From contig JADLFE010000014.1 in assembly GCA_020845755.1 (NCBI GenBank), forward strand, positions 4,181 through 68,180: a stretch of 64,000 bases of DNA, written 5' to 3'. A model generated the notes under the pieces. That model was not told the DNA's origin and made no database searches. It saw nothing but the letters and a program-made list of their open reading frames with translations. This stretch comes from Phycisphaerales bacterium. Its GTDB lineage: Bacteria; Planctomycetota; Phycisphaerae; Phycisphaerales; UBA1924. Made by a program: the position numbers and the translations under genes. Positions 47,213-56,646 of the stretch are shown here, piece after piece (the stretch's first letter is position 1; each line of letters opens with the position of its first letter).

Positions 47213-47674
47213 TCACCCGCGTCGCGACCTCACCAGTTCCTCACGGGCCAGGACCGCGAGTTGGTCGCACCGCTCGTTCTCCGGGTGTTCGTTGTGCCCG
47301 CGGATCCAGTGAAACTTCACGTCGTGTTGCGACGCCAGTTCATCCAGCCTCATCCACAGATCCTGGTTCTTCACGGGCTTCTTGTCGGCCGTCTTCCAGC
47401 CCCGCGCCTTCCACGATTTCAGCCACTCACGCAGGCCATCGAGCACGTACCGCGAATCGCTGGTCAGATCGACATGCGACCTCGATTTCAGGAGCGTGAG
47501 CCCCTCGATCACTGCCATGAGTTCCATGCGGTTGTTGGTCGTCTCGATCTCCGCGCCCGCGCGCTCGATCGACTTGCCCGAGGCCGGATGCCGGAGAACA
47601 AACGCCCAGCCTCCGGGCCCGGGATTGCCGGAGCAGGCCCCGTCGGTAAACAACTCCACCCGCGGCAGGCTCAC
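47213..47674 (-). CDS. rnhA: Ribonuclease HI
   Basis: Track ORF 47213..47755(-). Start moved to GTG 47672-74, which overlaps the upstream stop (GTGA). Contains ELFTDGACSGNPGPGGWA, TNNRMEL, SDSRYV and HNEHPENERCDQLA. Confidence 0.9.
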   Translation of the reverse strand: MSLPRVELFTDGACSGNPGPGGWAFVLRHPASGKSIERAGAEIETTNNRMELMAVIEGLTLLKSRSHVDLTSDSRYVLDGLREWLKSWKARGWKTADKKPVKNQDLWMRLDELASQHDVKFHWIRGHNEHPENERCDQLAVLAREELVRSRRG

Positions 47675-49587
47675 GCAGGGCTCCCCGCACGCTCCACCGC
47701 CATCGCGTACGCCGTCTCGTATTCGTGGACGAGACGCGACCAGTCGAACTCCCACGACACACGGTCGACCTGGTTCCGGAGCATGATGCGGTCACGCCGC
47801 TCCAGCCGGCAGAACGCGAGCAATCGCGCCGCGAGGTCCGCCGACGCGTCGTGAAAACTGCGCCCACGCCGTCCCAGCACCATCAGGCCGCGCCGATCGT
47901 GATCGTCAAGGTTTTCCTGGACATACTTCCCGAAGCCCGCCAGATCACTCGTCACGCTCGGCACGGCCATCGCCGCGCACTCCAAGGGCGTATACCCCCA
48001 GGGCTCGTACTGGCTCGGGAACAACCCGAGGTGGCACCCGCGCACGAACTGGTCGTACTCCATGCCCCACAGCGGGCTCGTCGGCGTGATAAATTCGGGG
48101 TGATACACAACCTTGACCGGGTCGTCCTTGTGATTGAAGAGTCCCAGCGTCCGCAGGTGATTGAGCACCGGATCGTTGGCATCATCCTGCAGGATGTGCG
48201 TCGTCACCATCGGCAGGCACGGCTGGCGCAACGCCTGCTGCGTGCGCCGATAGCGGAGCTGCCAGTATTCATCGATCAGGTCGTCCAACTTCAATTTCTC
48301 GCCCGACGCCGCTCGGCGCACCAGGCGGTCCTGGACATAATCCGTGATGGTCTCGCAGACGCGTGAAAGCTCCTCGAACACGCCGCGCTTCTCGAGCGCC
48401 AGAGGGTTGATCGACTTGCTCGCCCGATTGCTGATGATGAAGAAGACGATCGTCCCGCCAGCGAGTTCCTTCTCGTTCGAGCGAGCCTTTAACTCGGCGT
48501 TGAGCCTCGCCATCGCCTCGAGGCACACGTCAAAGCCCTTGTTCTTGGGCTCGAACCGCCCGCTCGTGAAGAGGTACAGGGTGCGATCAAGGTCAAACGA
48601 ATAACTCGGGAAGAAGTGACCCATCACGAAGCGATGGATCAGTTCCTTCGACTCACCGTGCAAGCGCTGCTGATCCGGGCCCTTGTTGTAATGCCCGATG
48701 TGCAGCCCGTTGGGCGTCACGACATCGACCTTCCGCCCCAGGAGCGTCGCGCACTCCTCCGCGGTCACGCTCGACACCGTCGTGAACACGTGAGCCCCGT
48801 GCGCACACGCCCGCTCGACCCCGTGCTGCGTCCGGATGTTGTACCTCTCCGCCGCACGAGCGTTGTCGATCCACGGGAGCACGTCGTAGAAATCATCCTC
48901 GCTGCTGGCGATATACCGCCCAAGCAGCGTCGCGTGCGTCGTGAACACCGTGGCCACCGGCAATTGATGCCGCCTGATCTTCGGGATCGCCAGGCCCGCC
49001 ATCCACTCGTGGAAGTGCGCCACGAACGCCGGTTTCCCAGCCGTCCGCGTACCTGGAGCCAGGTCCGCATGATCCGCCAACGCCTTCATCAGTCGGAACA
49101 CTGCTTCCGCGAACGATACCACCCCGTCGATCAGCCAGTCGTGCCCCGGGAACTGCAGGCCGTGATGCTCCCAGTACTCATACTTCGCTGCGTCCAGTGC
49201 CCCGCTCCCACGCCAGTGCTCGAGCAGGATGACGCGCGGCTTGCCGGGAATGAGCCATCGCCCGTGGTGGGCTGTAATGCCCTGGGCCGCCAGGTCGCTG
49301 ATCGCACGCCCGACCCACGCGCCGGGACGCTGCGCCTCAAACTCAAGCCCCGCTTTCGCCGGCTCGTACGGCCCGACGAGGCAGTACCGATCGCCCCAGC
49401 GCTCGACCATCGGCGGCGCCTTCGACCGGATCACCTGGTAAATCCCGCCGACCTGGTTGCAGACTTCCCAAGCCACCTCGAGCAGCAGCGGCGCCACCGG
49501 CGCACGCACCACTCCATCCGTCGCGTCACCCGATCGCCCGACCGACTGCCCAATCGAATGTGTTGTCCCGTGCGCACCAGATTCCAT
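47671..49587 (-). CDS. GT3-family (animal/fungal-type) glycogen synthase
   Basis: 638 aa. Contains LLEVAWEVCNQVGGIYQVIRSKA, HFHEWMAG, TTHATLLGRY, TPNGL, GRFEPKNKGFD and LFPSQYEPWGYTPLECAAMAVPSVTSDLAGFG. This pattern matches GT3 rather than the GT5 GlgA family. Confidence 0.8.
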   Translation of the reverse strand: MESGAHGTTHSIGQSVGRSGDATDGVVRAPVAPLLLEVAWEVCNQVGGIYQVIRSKAPPMVERWGDRYCLVGPYEPAKAGLEFEAQRPGAWVGRAISDLAAQGITAHHGRWLIPGKPRVILLEHWRGSGALDAAKYEYWEHHGLQFPGHDWLIDGVVSFAEAVFRLMKALADHADLAPGTRTAGKPAFVAHFHEWMAGLAIPKIRRHQLPVATVFTTHATLLGRYIASSEDDFYDVLPWIDNARAAERYNIRTQHGVERACAHGAHVFTTVSSVTAEECATLLGRKVDVVTPNGLHIGHYNKGPDQQRLHGESKELIHRFVMGHFFPSYSFDLDRTLYLFTSGRFEPKNKGFDVCLEAMARLNAELKARSNEKELAGGTIVFFIISNRASKSINPLALEKRGVFEELSRVCETITDYVQDRLVRRAASGEKLKLDDLIDEYWQLRYRRTQQALRQPCLPMVTTHILQDDANDPVLNHLRTLGLFNHKDDPVKVVYHPEFITPTSPLWGMEYDQFVRGCHLGLFPSQYEPWGYTPLECAAMAVPSVTSDLAGFGKYVQENLDDHDRRGLMVLGRRGRSFHDASADLAARLLAFCRLERRDRIMLRNQVDRVSWEFDWSRLVHEYETAYAMAVERAGSPA

Positions 49588-49721
49588 TCACGACCACTGT
49601 ATCGGCTCCACGCCCCCCGGACCTTCTGGACGTCCAGACTTCCTGGCGACTGGCTCCTCGTCTGTTCGTTTCTCTCCCTCACCTCGCATGTGCCCGTTTG
49701 AGCATTTGGATACGATCCCCC

Positions 49722-52700
49722 GTGAACACCACCCACCCGTCCGCCGTCGCCGTTCACCGCATCGAGGTCCGCGTCCGCGAGGGCCGTCCCGACGCCCGCG
49801 CCAATTCCATCCTCCGCGCCGCCGCCGCGCGCGGAATCCACCCGACCTCGCTCGTGGTGCGTCACGTCTACTTCATCGAATCTGACCTCGCGCCCACGGA
49901 CCTGGCCGCGATCCGCGCGCGCCTGCTCGCCGACCCCGTGGTCGAAGACTCCGCCCTCGGCGCCGCCGCGCCGGCGCCGTCCGCCGCCGTCGTCGAAGTC
50001 CACCCGCTCCCGGGCGTGATGGATCCCGCGGCCCAGTCCGTCCGGAACGCCATCGCCGAACTCCTCTCGCGCAGCCCAGACTCGCTCGCCGTCTCCACCG
50101 GGCGTCGCTACGACTTCATTGGCCTCTCGCCCGCCCAGGCCGTCGACCTCACGCGCTCGCTCCTGGCAAACCCCGTGGTTCAAGAGGTCCACGACAAGCC
50201 GTGGACGCCCGGCGCCCTTCCCAAGGGCACACCGACGCAGTTCAAACTGCGCCACATCCCGGTCCGAGATCTCTCCGACGACGACCTCACGCGCATGTCG
50301 CGCGAGGCGCACCTCTTCCTCAGCCTCGACGAGATGCGCGCCGTCCGCGCCGAATACCAGACCCTTGGCCGCGAGCCCACCGACATCGAACTCGAAACCA
50401 TCGCCCAGACCTGGTCCGAGCACTGCGTTCACAAGACGCTCAAGTCACGCGTTCACTACACGGGTGTGATGAACGACTCGCTCTCCTTCGCCGATCGCCC
50501 CGGGCACACCGTCAACCCCGACGGCAGCGTCACCATCGAAAACCTGCTGAAGTCCACCGTCGCCGCCGCCACCCACGAACTCATCGAGGACGGCATCGAC
50601 TGGACTCTCTCGGTCTTCAAGGACAACTCCGGCGTCATCGCCCTCGACGACGACTTCGGCGTGTGCATCAAGGTCGAAACGCACAACCACCCCTCCGCCC
50701 TCGAGCCCTACGGCGGATCGGCGACCGGCGCGGGCGGCTGTATCCGCGATGTCATCGGCACGGGCCTGGGCGCCAAGCCCATCGCCAACACCGACGTCTT
50801 CTGTGTCGCTGATCCGCGCCGCCCCGACAACTCGCTCCCGCCGGGCTGCCTCCCCCCACGGCGCATCCTCTCCGACGTCGTCGCCGGCGTGCGCGACTAC
50901 GGCAACCGCATGGGCATCCCCACCGTGAACGGTGCCGTCTCCTTCGACGACCGGCACGTCGGCAATCCCCTCGTCTTCTGCGGGTGCATCGGCCTGATCC
51001 CACGCAACGCGGTCCACGGCCAGGCCCGCCCCGGCGATCGCATCATCGCCCTCGGCGGTCGCACCGGGCGCGACGGCATCCACGGCGCCACCTTCTCGTC
51101 CGCCGAACTCGAACACACCGCCGCGAATGAATTCTCCCACGCCGTCCAGATCGGCAACGCGATCGAAGAAAAACGCGTTCTCGACGCCATCCTCCGCGCA
51201 CGCGACGAAGACCCCGCGGGTCCGCTGTACCACGGCCTGACCGACTGCGGCGCGGGCGGGTTCTCCTCCGCCGTCGGCGAGATGGGCGCCAAGATCGGCG
51301 CTCGCGTCAACCTCGAACGCGCCCCGCTGAAATACGCCGGCCTCTCCTATACCGAAATCTGGATCAGCGAGGCGCAGGAGCGCATGGTCCTGGCCGTTCC
51401 GGAAAAGAATCTCGCGCGTCTGGCCGCCATCTGCCGCGAAGAGCACGTTGAACTTTCCGACCTCGGCGTCTTTGGCACCGAAGGCGCGACACTCCAACTC
51501 ATCTATCACGAGCACAAGGTCGGCGAACTGCCGATGCACTTCCTGCACGACGGAATTCCCACTCCCGTCCGGCGCGCCGCGTGGACACCGGCCAAGCCGC
51601 GCGACTCGGGCAACGCCGAGCGCCCCGCGCCATCGACCAGCGAAGCCCTCACGAAACTCCTCTCGCATCCCAACGTCGCCAGCAAGCACTGGATCATCCG
51701 CCAGTACGACCACGAGGTGCAGGGCGCGACCATCCTCAAACCGCTCGTCGGCCCGCACTCGCGCGGCCCGGGCGACGCCAGCGTCCTTGAACCCCGCCCG
51801 GGCACCAATCGCGGCATCGCGCTGGCCTGTGGCCTGCAGACACCCGTCGGAGATCCCGACCTCGGCGGCGATCCCTATCACATGGTCCTCTCGGCCGTCG
51901 ACGAGTGCGTGCGAAACCTCGTCTGCGTCGGCGCCGATCCATCGCGCATCGCGATCCTCGACAACTTCTGCTGGCCGAGTTGCGAGAAGCCGGAGAACCT
52001 CGCCCGCCTCGTTCGCGCGTGCGAGGGGTGCTACGACGCGGCCAAGGCGTACCGCACTCCCTTTGTCTCCGGCAAGGACTCGCTCAACAACCAACTCCGC
52101 TACGAAGACCCCGCGACCGGTGAGAAGCACGTCATCGAAATCCCGCCCACGCTGCTCATCACGGGGCTCGGCATTGTTCCGAGCGTGAGCCGCTGCATCA
52201 CGATGGACGCCAAGCACCCGGGCAACGCGCTGGTCCTGATCGGCGCATCCACCGAACACATGGGCGCATCGCTCTTTGCCTCGATGTTCGGGCACGCCGG
52301 CTCGAGCGCCGCGATCCCGGCGCTCGACCTGGGCAAGGGCCCTGCCTATGCCGGCGCGATCGCCACGCTGATCCGCGACGGGCTCATCCTTTCGGCCCAC
52401 GATTGCTCCGAAGGCGGGATGCTCGTGGCTGTGGCCGAGATGCTCATCGCCACGACCGGACCTCGGGCCGCGGGCGGTCGCGACACTTCGTCGCCGCTGG
52501 CATCGCTGCTGTCGTCGAATGTGCGCTCGACCCAACCACTGGGCGCGGAACTCTCAACGCCCGCGGCCGAGACGCTCGAATCACACGAACGTGCGTTCAG
52601 CGAAGCGCCGAGCCGCTACATCGTTGAGGTCGCGCCGGAGAATCTGTCGCGCCTGCGTCAGGTCCTTCGCGATCACGGCGAGCGCGTGGGCGGCCTGTTC

Positions 52701-52814
52701 CATAGCGTGATCGGGCACCTGAACAACTCGGGTCGACTCACCTGGCCCGAGGGCGACCTCAATGCCGATGTCAACGGGCTCGCCGACGCGTGGCTCTCGC
52801 CGCTCGACTGGTGA
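49722..52814 (+). CDS. purL: Phosphoribosylformylglycinamidine synthase, PurS-PurS-PurL fusion (no glutaminase domain)
   Basis: Track ORF 49560..52814(+). Start moved to GTG 49722 (VNTTHPSAVAVHRIEV). Two PurS-like modules are followed by the PurL core (AQTWSEHCVHKT, VETHNHPSALEPYGGSATG, GGRTGRDGIHGATFSS, DCGAGGFSSAVGEM, HDCSEGG). Confidence 0.88.
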   Translation: MNTTHPSAVAVHRIEVRVREGRPDARANSILRAAAARGIHPTSLVVRHVYFIESDLAPTDLAAIRARLLADPVVEDSALGAAAPAPSAAVVEVHPLPGVMDPAAQSVRNAIAELLSRSPDSLAVSTGRRYDFIGLSPAQAVDLTRSLLANPVVQEVHDKPWTPGALPKGTPTQFKLRHIPVRDLSDDDLTRMSREAHLFLSLDEMRAVRAEYQTLGREPTDIELETIAQTWSEHCVHKTLKSRVHYTGVMNDSLSFADRPGHTVNPDGSVTIENLLKSTVAAATHELIEDGIDWTLSVFKDNSGVIALDDDFGVCIKVETHNHPSALEPYGGSATGAGGCIRDVIGTGLGAKPIANTDVFCVADPRRPDNSLPPGCLPPRRILSDVVAGVRDYGNRMGIPTVNGAVSFDDRHVGNPLVFCGCIGLIPRNAVHGQARPGDRIIALGGRTGRDGIHGATFSSAELEHTAANEFSHAVQIGNAIEEKRVLDAILRARDEDPAGPLYHGLTDCGAGGFSSAVGEMGAKIGARVNLERAPLKYAGLSYTEIWISEAQERMVLAVPEKNLARLAAICREEHVELSDLGVFGTEGATLQLIYHEHKVGELPMHFLHDGIPTPVRRAAWTPAKPRDSGNAERPAPSTSEALTKLLSHPNVASKHWIIRQYDHEVQGATILKPLVGPHSRGPGDASVLEPRPGTNRGIALACGLQTPVGDPDLGGDPYHMVLSAVDECVRNLVCVGADPSRIAILDNFCWPSCEKPENLARLVRACEGCYDAAKAYRTPFVSGKDSLNNQLRYEDPATGEKHVIEIPPTLLITGLGIVPSVSRCITMDAKHPGNALVLIGASTEHMGASLFASMFGHAGSSAAIPALDLGKGPAYAGAIATLIRDGLILSAHDCSEGGMLVAVAEMLIATTGPRAAGGRDTSSPLASLLSSNVRSTQPLGAELSTPAAETLESHERAFSEAPSRYIVEVAPENLSRLRQVLRDHGERVGGLFHSVIGHLNNSGRLTWPEGDLNADVNGLADAWLSPLDW

Positions 52815-52866
52815 CGCCTCCGCGGCATCGACTCGGAAATCGCCGCACCCAGGAATGGCGACCTAT

Positions 52867-54681
52867 TCACCTGCCTACGAGCGGCCAGACGAAGGGCGTC
52901 AGCCCCACTGTCACCGCCATGACCGCAAAGTTCAGCGGGAAGCCCACGCGCGTGAAGTCCGCGAATCGATACCCGCCCGGTCCCATCACCATCATGTGCG
53001 TCTGGTACCCGATGGGCGTCATGAAGCACGCCGATGCCGCCATCATGATGTTGATCGCAAAGGGCAGCGGGTCAGCGCCGATCTTCTCAGCCGCGCCCAT
53101 CGCGATCGGGAACACGAGCATCGCCGCGGCGTTGTTGCTCAGGATCTCCGACAGCAGCATCGTCACGAGGTAGACCATCCCGAGCGTCACCCACGCGTTG
53201 CCCTGCGCCAGCGCGATCAATCGCTCCGCGATCACGCCGGCGGCCCCGCTGGTCTCCATCGCCTTTCCCAGCCCGAACCCGCCCGCGATCGCGATCAGCA
53301 CCTGCCAGTCCACGGACGACCTGGCCTGCGCGCCCGAGCAGCAGCGAGTCATCAGCATCAACCCCGCGGCCAGCGCCGCCGAGTGGATCATCGACACGCC
53401 CCACTTCTCTCCGAACACCGCGAGCAACACCATCCCCACCAGGATCGCCACCGCGATGATCGCCCGCTCGTGGCGCATCGGGGTCGAATCCTGCACCGCC
53501 GACATCAGGATCCACTCGCGGCTGTTCTTGTGCTGCTCCTGGAACGAGCGATGCGCTTCCAGCAGCAGTGTGTCGCCCGCCTGCAACTCGATGTCGCCGA
53601 TCTTCTTGTCGGTGATGCGGTGCCCATCGCGCGCCACAGCGATCACCACCGCATTGAACACAGACCGGAACCGCCCTTCTTTGACGGTCTTTCCGATCAA
53701 GGGATTGGTCCGCGAGACCACGGCCTCGACCAGGCTTCGCTGCGGGCGAGGCGCGTCGAGTTTCACGACCTGGTTGGTCGCAGGGCGCAGCCCGCGGAAC
53801 TTCTGCAGTTCGACCACCGAATCCACCACACCGACAAAGACCAGGCGATCTCCCGCCATCAGTTTCTCATCAGGACCAACCGCGGGCAGGAACACGCCTG
53901 CACGATCGATTTCGGCCAAATACAGGCTTGGCAGGTTCCGGAGCCCCGCCTGTGCGATCGTCTGCCCGGCCAGTCCCGCCACCGGATCGACCTCCATCTC
54001 CACGGTGTACGAGCGAGCATCGCCTCCGATGTTCAGCACCGGCTTGCGATCGGGCAGGAAGTACCTCGCCATGACGACCAAGAACGCGCCGCCCAGAAGC
54101 GCCGATGGCACGCCCACCCACGCGATCTCAAAGAAGCCGATGCCGCCGCGGTCCTTGAAGTGCGAGGTCCACAAGCCCGCGACGATGAGGTTGGTGCTCG
54201 TGCCGATGATTGTGCATGTGCCGCCCAGCACCGTCGCGAACGAGAGCGGGATCATCATCTTCGACGCGCTGATGCCGAGCCGCTTGCACCAGTCCTGCAC
54301 GACGGGGATGAACATGGCGACCAGCGGGGTGTTGTTCATGAACGCGGAGAGAAACATGCACTGCGCGCTGAGACGAATCTGCGCACCGACGATGGACTTG
54401 GGGTGCCCGAGCAGGCGGCGTCCGATCCACGCGATGCCGCCGGTCTCGCGCAGGCCGCACACGACCACGTACATGATGGCGACGGTGATCATTCCCTCGT
54501 TGGACATGCCGCCCAGGGCGTCCTTGGTCGACAGGATGTTCGCGCCGGGTACCGCCAGGTCGATGAGCACCATCAGCACGACCGCGCCGACCATCGCCAC
54601 GTCCACGGCAACCTTGCCGGTCGCCAGGGCGATGAGCACGCCGAGGGTAATGCTGACGACGACCCAACCTTCCCACGTCAC
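52867..54681 (-). CDS. SLC13/DASS-type anion permease with two central TrkA-C domains
   Basis: 604 aa. Contains FMNNTPLVAMFIPV and GGTCTIIGTSTNL. The cytoplasmic insert has TrkA-C-like GLAGQTIAQAGLRNLPSLYLAEIDR and GKTVKEGRFRSVFNAVVIAVARDG. The C-terminal half repeats NNAAAMLVFPI. Confidence 0.85.
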   Translation of the reverse strand: MTWEGWVVVSITLGVLIALATGKVAVDVAMVGAVVLMVLIDLAVPGANILSTKDALGGMSNEGMITVAIMYVVVCGLRETGGIAWIGRRLLGHPKSIVGAQIRLSAQCMFLSAFMNNTPLVAMFIPVVQDWCKRLGISASKMMIPLSFATVLGGTCTIIGTSTNLIVAGLWTSHFKDRGGIGFFEIAWVGVPSALLGGAFLVVMARYFLPDRKPVLNIGGDARSYTVEMEVDPVAGLAGQTIAQAGLRNLPSLYLAEIDRAGVFLPAVGPDEKLMAGDRLVFVGVVDSVVELQKFRGLRPATNQVVKLDAPRPQRSLVEAVVSRTNPLIGKTVKEGRFRSVFNAVVIAVARDGHRITDKKIGDIELQAGDTLLLEAHRSFQEQHKNSREWILMSAVQDSTPMRHERAIIAVAILVGMVLLAVFGEKWGVSMIHSAALAAGLMLMTRCCSGAQARSSVDWQVLIAIAGGFGLGKAMETSGAAGVIAERLIALAQGNAWVTLGMVYLVTMLLSEILSNNAAAMLVFPIAMGAAEKIGADPLPFAINIMMAASACFMTPIGYQTHMMVMGPGGYRFADFTRVGFPLNFAVMAVTVGLTPFVWPLVGR

Positions 54682-54858
54682 GCGCGGTGTCCTTTCGAAC
54701 CGAATGTGAACTGAACCGTACGGAAGCCATCGGCCGCTTCGCGCCTCGTGGTTCAGTCAAACTGCATGTCCGGCCTTTGATCGTGCATCGATCGGGGCCT
54801 GCGAACCGAATTCAAAGCAGTAAAGCGTCAGGGACACACCAGTACCGGGAGCCGAAAC

Positions 54859-55557
54859 ATGCTGACCATCCGAAAGGCCGACGAGCGAGGGACCACCGAG
54901 ATCGACTGGCTGAAGAGCTGGCACACCTTCTCCTTCGGCGACTACTACGACCCGGCGAACATGGGCTTCCGTTCGTTGCGCGTGATCAACGACGACATCA
55001 TCGGGCCCGGCGGCGGGTTCGGCACGCACCCCCACCGCAACATGGAGATCATCACGATCATGCTCGACGGCGAGCTGACGCACCGCGACAGCCTCGGGCA
55101 CACGCAATCGCTCAAGCCCGGCGAGGTGCAGGTGATGTCGGCCGGATCCGGAATCCGGCACAGCGAGTTCAACGCCTCGCGCAGCCGACCCGCCCACCTG
55201 CTCCAGACGTGGATCACGCCCAAGTCGCTCGGGATCACGCCGCGCTATGACCAGCGCGCGTTCCCACGCGAGCAGCGGTTGAACACGATCACGCCGGTGG
55301 CGTCGGGGAGCGGCGAAGACGGCGCGATCGAGATTCATCAGGACGCGACGCTGTCGCTGCTGGCGATCCAGGGCGGGAAGACCGCGAATTGCGAGATCAA
55401 GGCGGGGCGGGCGGTGTGGCTGCACGTCGCACGCGGGCGGGTAAAGGCCGCGGGAGAGACGCTTTCGACCGGCGACGCGATCGGCGTGGACGGGGCGATG
55501 TCGCTGGAAATCATCGGCGAGGTCGAGTCGGATGTGCTGATCTTCGATCTGGCCTGA
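54859..55557 (+). CDS. Pirin-family protein
   Basis: 232 aa. Contains SWHTFSFGDYYD, GFGTHPHRNMEIITIMLDGELTHRDSLG and SAGSGIRHSEFN. Confidence 0.9.
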   Translation: MLTIRKADERGTTEIDWLKSWHTFSFGDYYDPANMGFRSLRVINDDIIGPGGGFGTHPHRNMEIITIMLDGELTHRDSLGHTQSLKPGEVQVMSAGSGIRHSEFNASRSRPAHLLQTWITPKSLGITPRYDQRAFPREQRLNTITPVASGSGEDGAIEIHQDATLSLLAIQGGKTANCEIKAGRAVWLHVARGRVKAAGETLSTGDAIGVDGAMSLEIIGEVESDVLIFDLA

Positions 55558-55592
55558 GGGGACGCCGGATCGCGGGGCGTGTCGATCCGCGT

Positions 55593-56576
55593 TCAGGCGA
55601 TGCGGTTCGGCGGCTGGCGACCGGCCAGGATCGCGCGCGTGTTCTCGCTCACCATCTCCGTCATCAGCAGGCGGTACTTTTCTTCCGCGCTCCCGATGTG
55701 CGGCGTGAGCACCGCGTGCTCCGACTCCACGATCGACGGATGCACCCGCGGCTCGTCCTCGAACACGTCCAGCCCCGCGCCCCAGATCCGCCGCTCCTTG
55801 AGCGCCATGCCCAGTGCCGCCTCGTCGATCACAGGCCCGCGGGCGGTGTTCACGATGATCGCGGTCGGCTTCATCAGCGAGATCGCGCGGGCGTCGATCA
55901 GGTGTCGAGTCTCCGGCGTGAGCGGGGTATGCACACTCACGACATCGGCCCATCGCAGGCCTTCATCGAGTTCCATCCGGGTGGCCGCCAGCGGCGCAAG
56001 CTCGAAGTCGACGTGGCGTGCCCGCGCGACATAGCCGATCCGCATCCCCCACCCGATCGAACGCAGCGCCACGCCGTAGCCGATCCGCCCAGCGCCGACG
56101 ATGAGCAGGTTTCGCCCCGTCAGATCGCGCCCGAGGAACTCGGTGATGCCCAGCGGCCCACGTGCCGGATACTCGCTCCCACGCGCAAACCGATCCGCTT
56201 CGATGAGCCGCCTCGCGCTCGCCAGAACCAGCGTCCAGGCGAGGTCTGCCGTTCCCTCCGTCACCGCGTGCGGCGTATTGGTCACCATCACACCGCGTTT
56301 TCTGCACTCGGCGAGGTCGATGTTGTCGAATCCGACGGCGAAGTTGCACACGCCCTTGAGCCCCGGCCCGGCGGCGTTCAGGAACTCCGCGTCGACCTTG
56401 TCGGAGAACATCGTCACCACCACGCTCGCGCCGCGGATGAACTCCAGGAGCGCGGCACGGCTCAACTGATCGTTCCCCCGCACCTTGACCGCCGCCCCGC
56501 GCGCCTCCACCGCGCCCGGCACGGCCCGCGTCACCGCAACCACCTCCGCCGATCCCTGTGAGTTCGTCATGGCCAA
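55593..56576 (-). CDS. D-isomer-specific 2-hydroxyacid dehydrogenase (glyoxylate/hydroxypyruvate reductase-like)
   Basis: 327 aa. Contains VGAGRIGYGVA, SVHTPLTPETRHLI, VNTARGPVIDEAAL, AGLDVFEDEP and TPHIGSA. Confidence 0.85.
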   Translation of the reverse strand: MAMTNSQGSAEVVAVTRAVPGAVEARGAAVKVRGNDQLSRAALLEFIRGASVVVTMFSDKVDAEFLNAAGPGLKGVCNFAVGFDNIDLAECRKRGVMVTNTPHAVTEGTADLAWTLVLASARRLIEADRFARGSEYPARGPLGITEFLGRDLTGRNLLIVGAGRIGYGVALRSIGWGMRIGYVARARHVDFELAPLAATRMELDEGLRWADVVSVHTPLTPETRHLIDARAISLMKPTAIIVNTARGPVIDEAALGMALKERRIWGAGLDVFEDEPRVHPSIVESEHAVLTPHIGSAEEKYRLLMTEMVSENTRAILAGRQPPNRIA

Positions 56577-56646
56577 AGGCTACGTCGCGCTCCCGACGCT
56601 TTCCCATCACTTCACCACTTGACCGGTTCACGACTCTTCCGCGCCG

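Noticed and set aside
45929-47854. 641-aa plus-strand ORF
   Set aside because: It is antisense to pilT and rnhA and spans their intergenic gap. R/H/L-rich with no motifs.
49588-49721. Possible ZTP/purine-type riboswitch ahead of purL
   Set aside because: Only a vague CTGGCGACTGGC resemblance. There is no matching pseudoknot partner (CCGCCTGGGC-like) or conserved helices, and the region is a short divergent promoter.
50445-52535. 696-aa minus-strand ORF
   Set aside because: It is antisense to purL, whose plus frame carries the canonical PurL motifs. The translation is G/A/R/D-rich and motif-free.
52762-54714. 650-aa and 503-aa plus-strand ORFs (52762..54714 and 53198..54709)
   Set aside because: Both are antisense to the SLC13 permease. 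The minus frame gives a coherent polytopic transporter with TrkA-C inserts.
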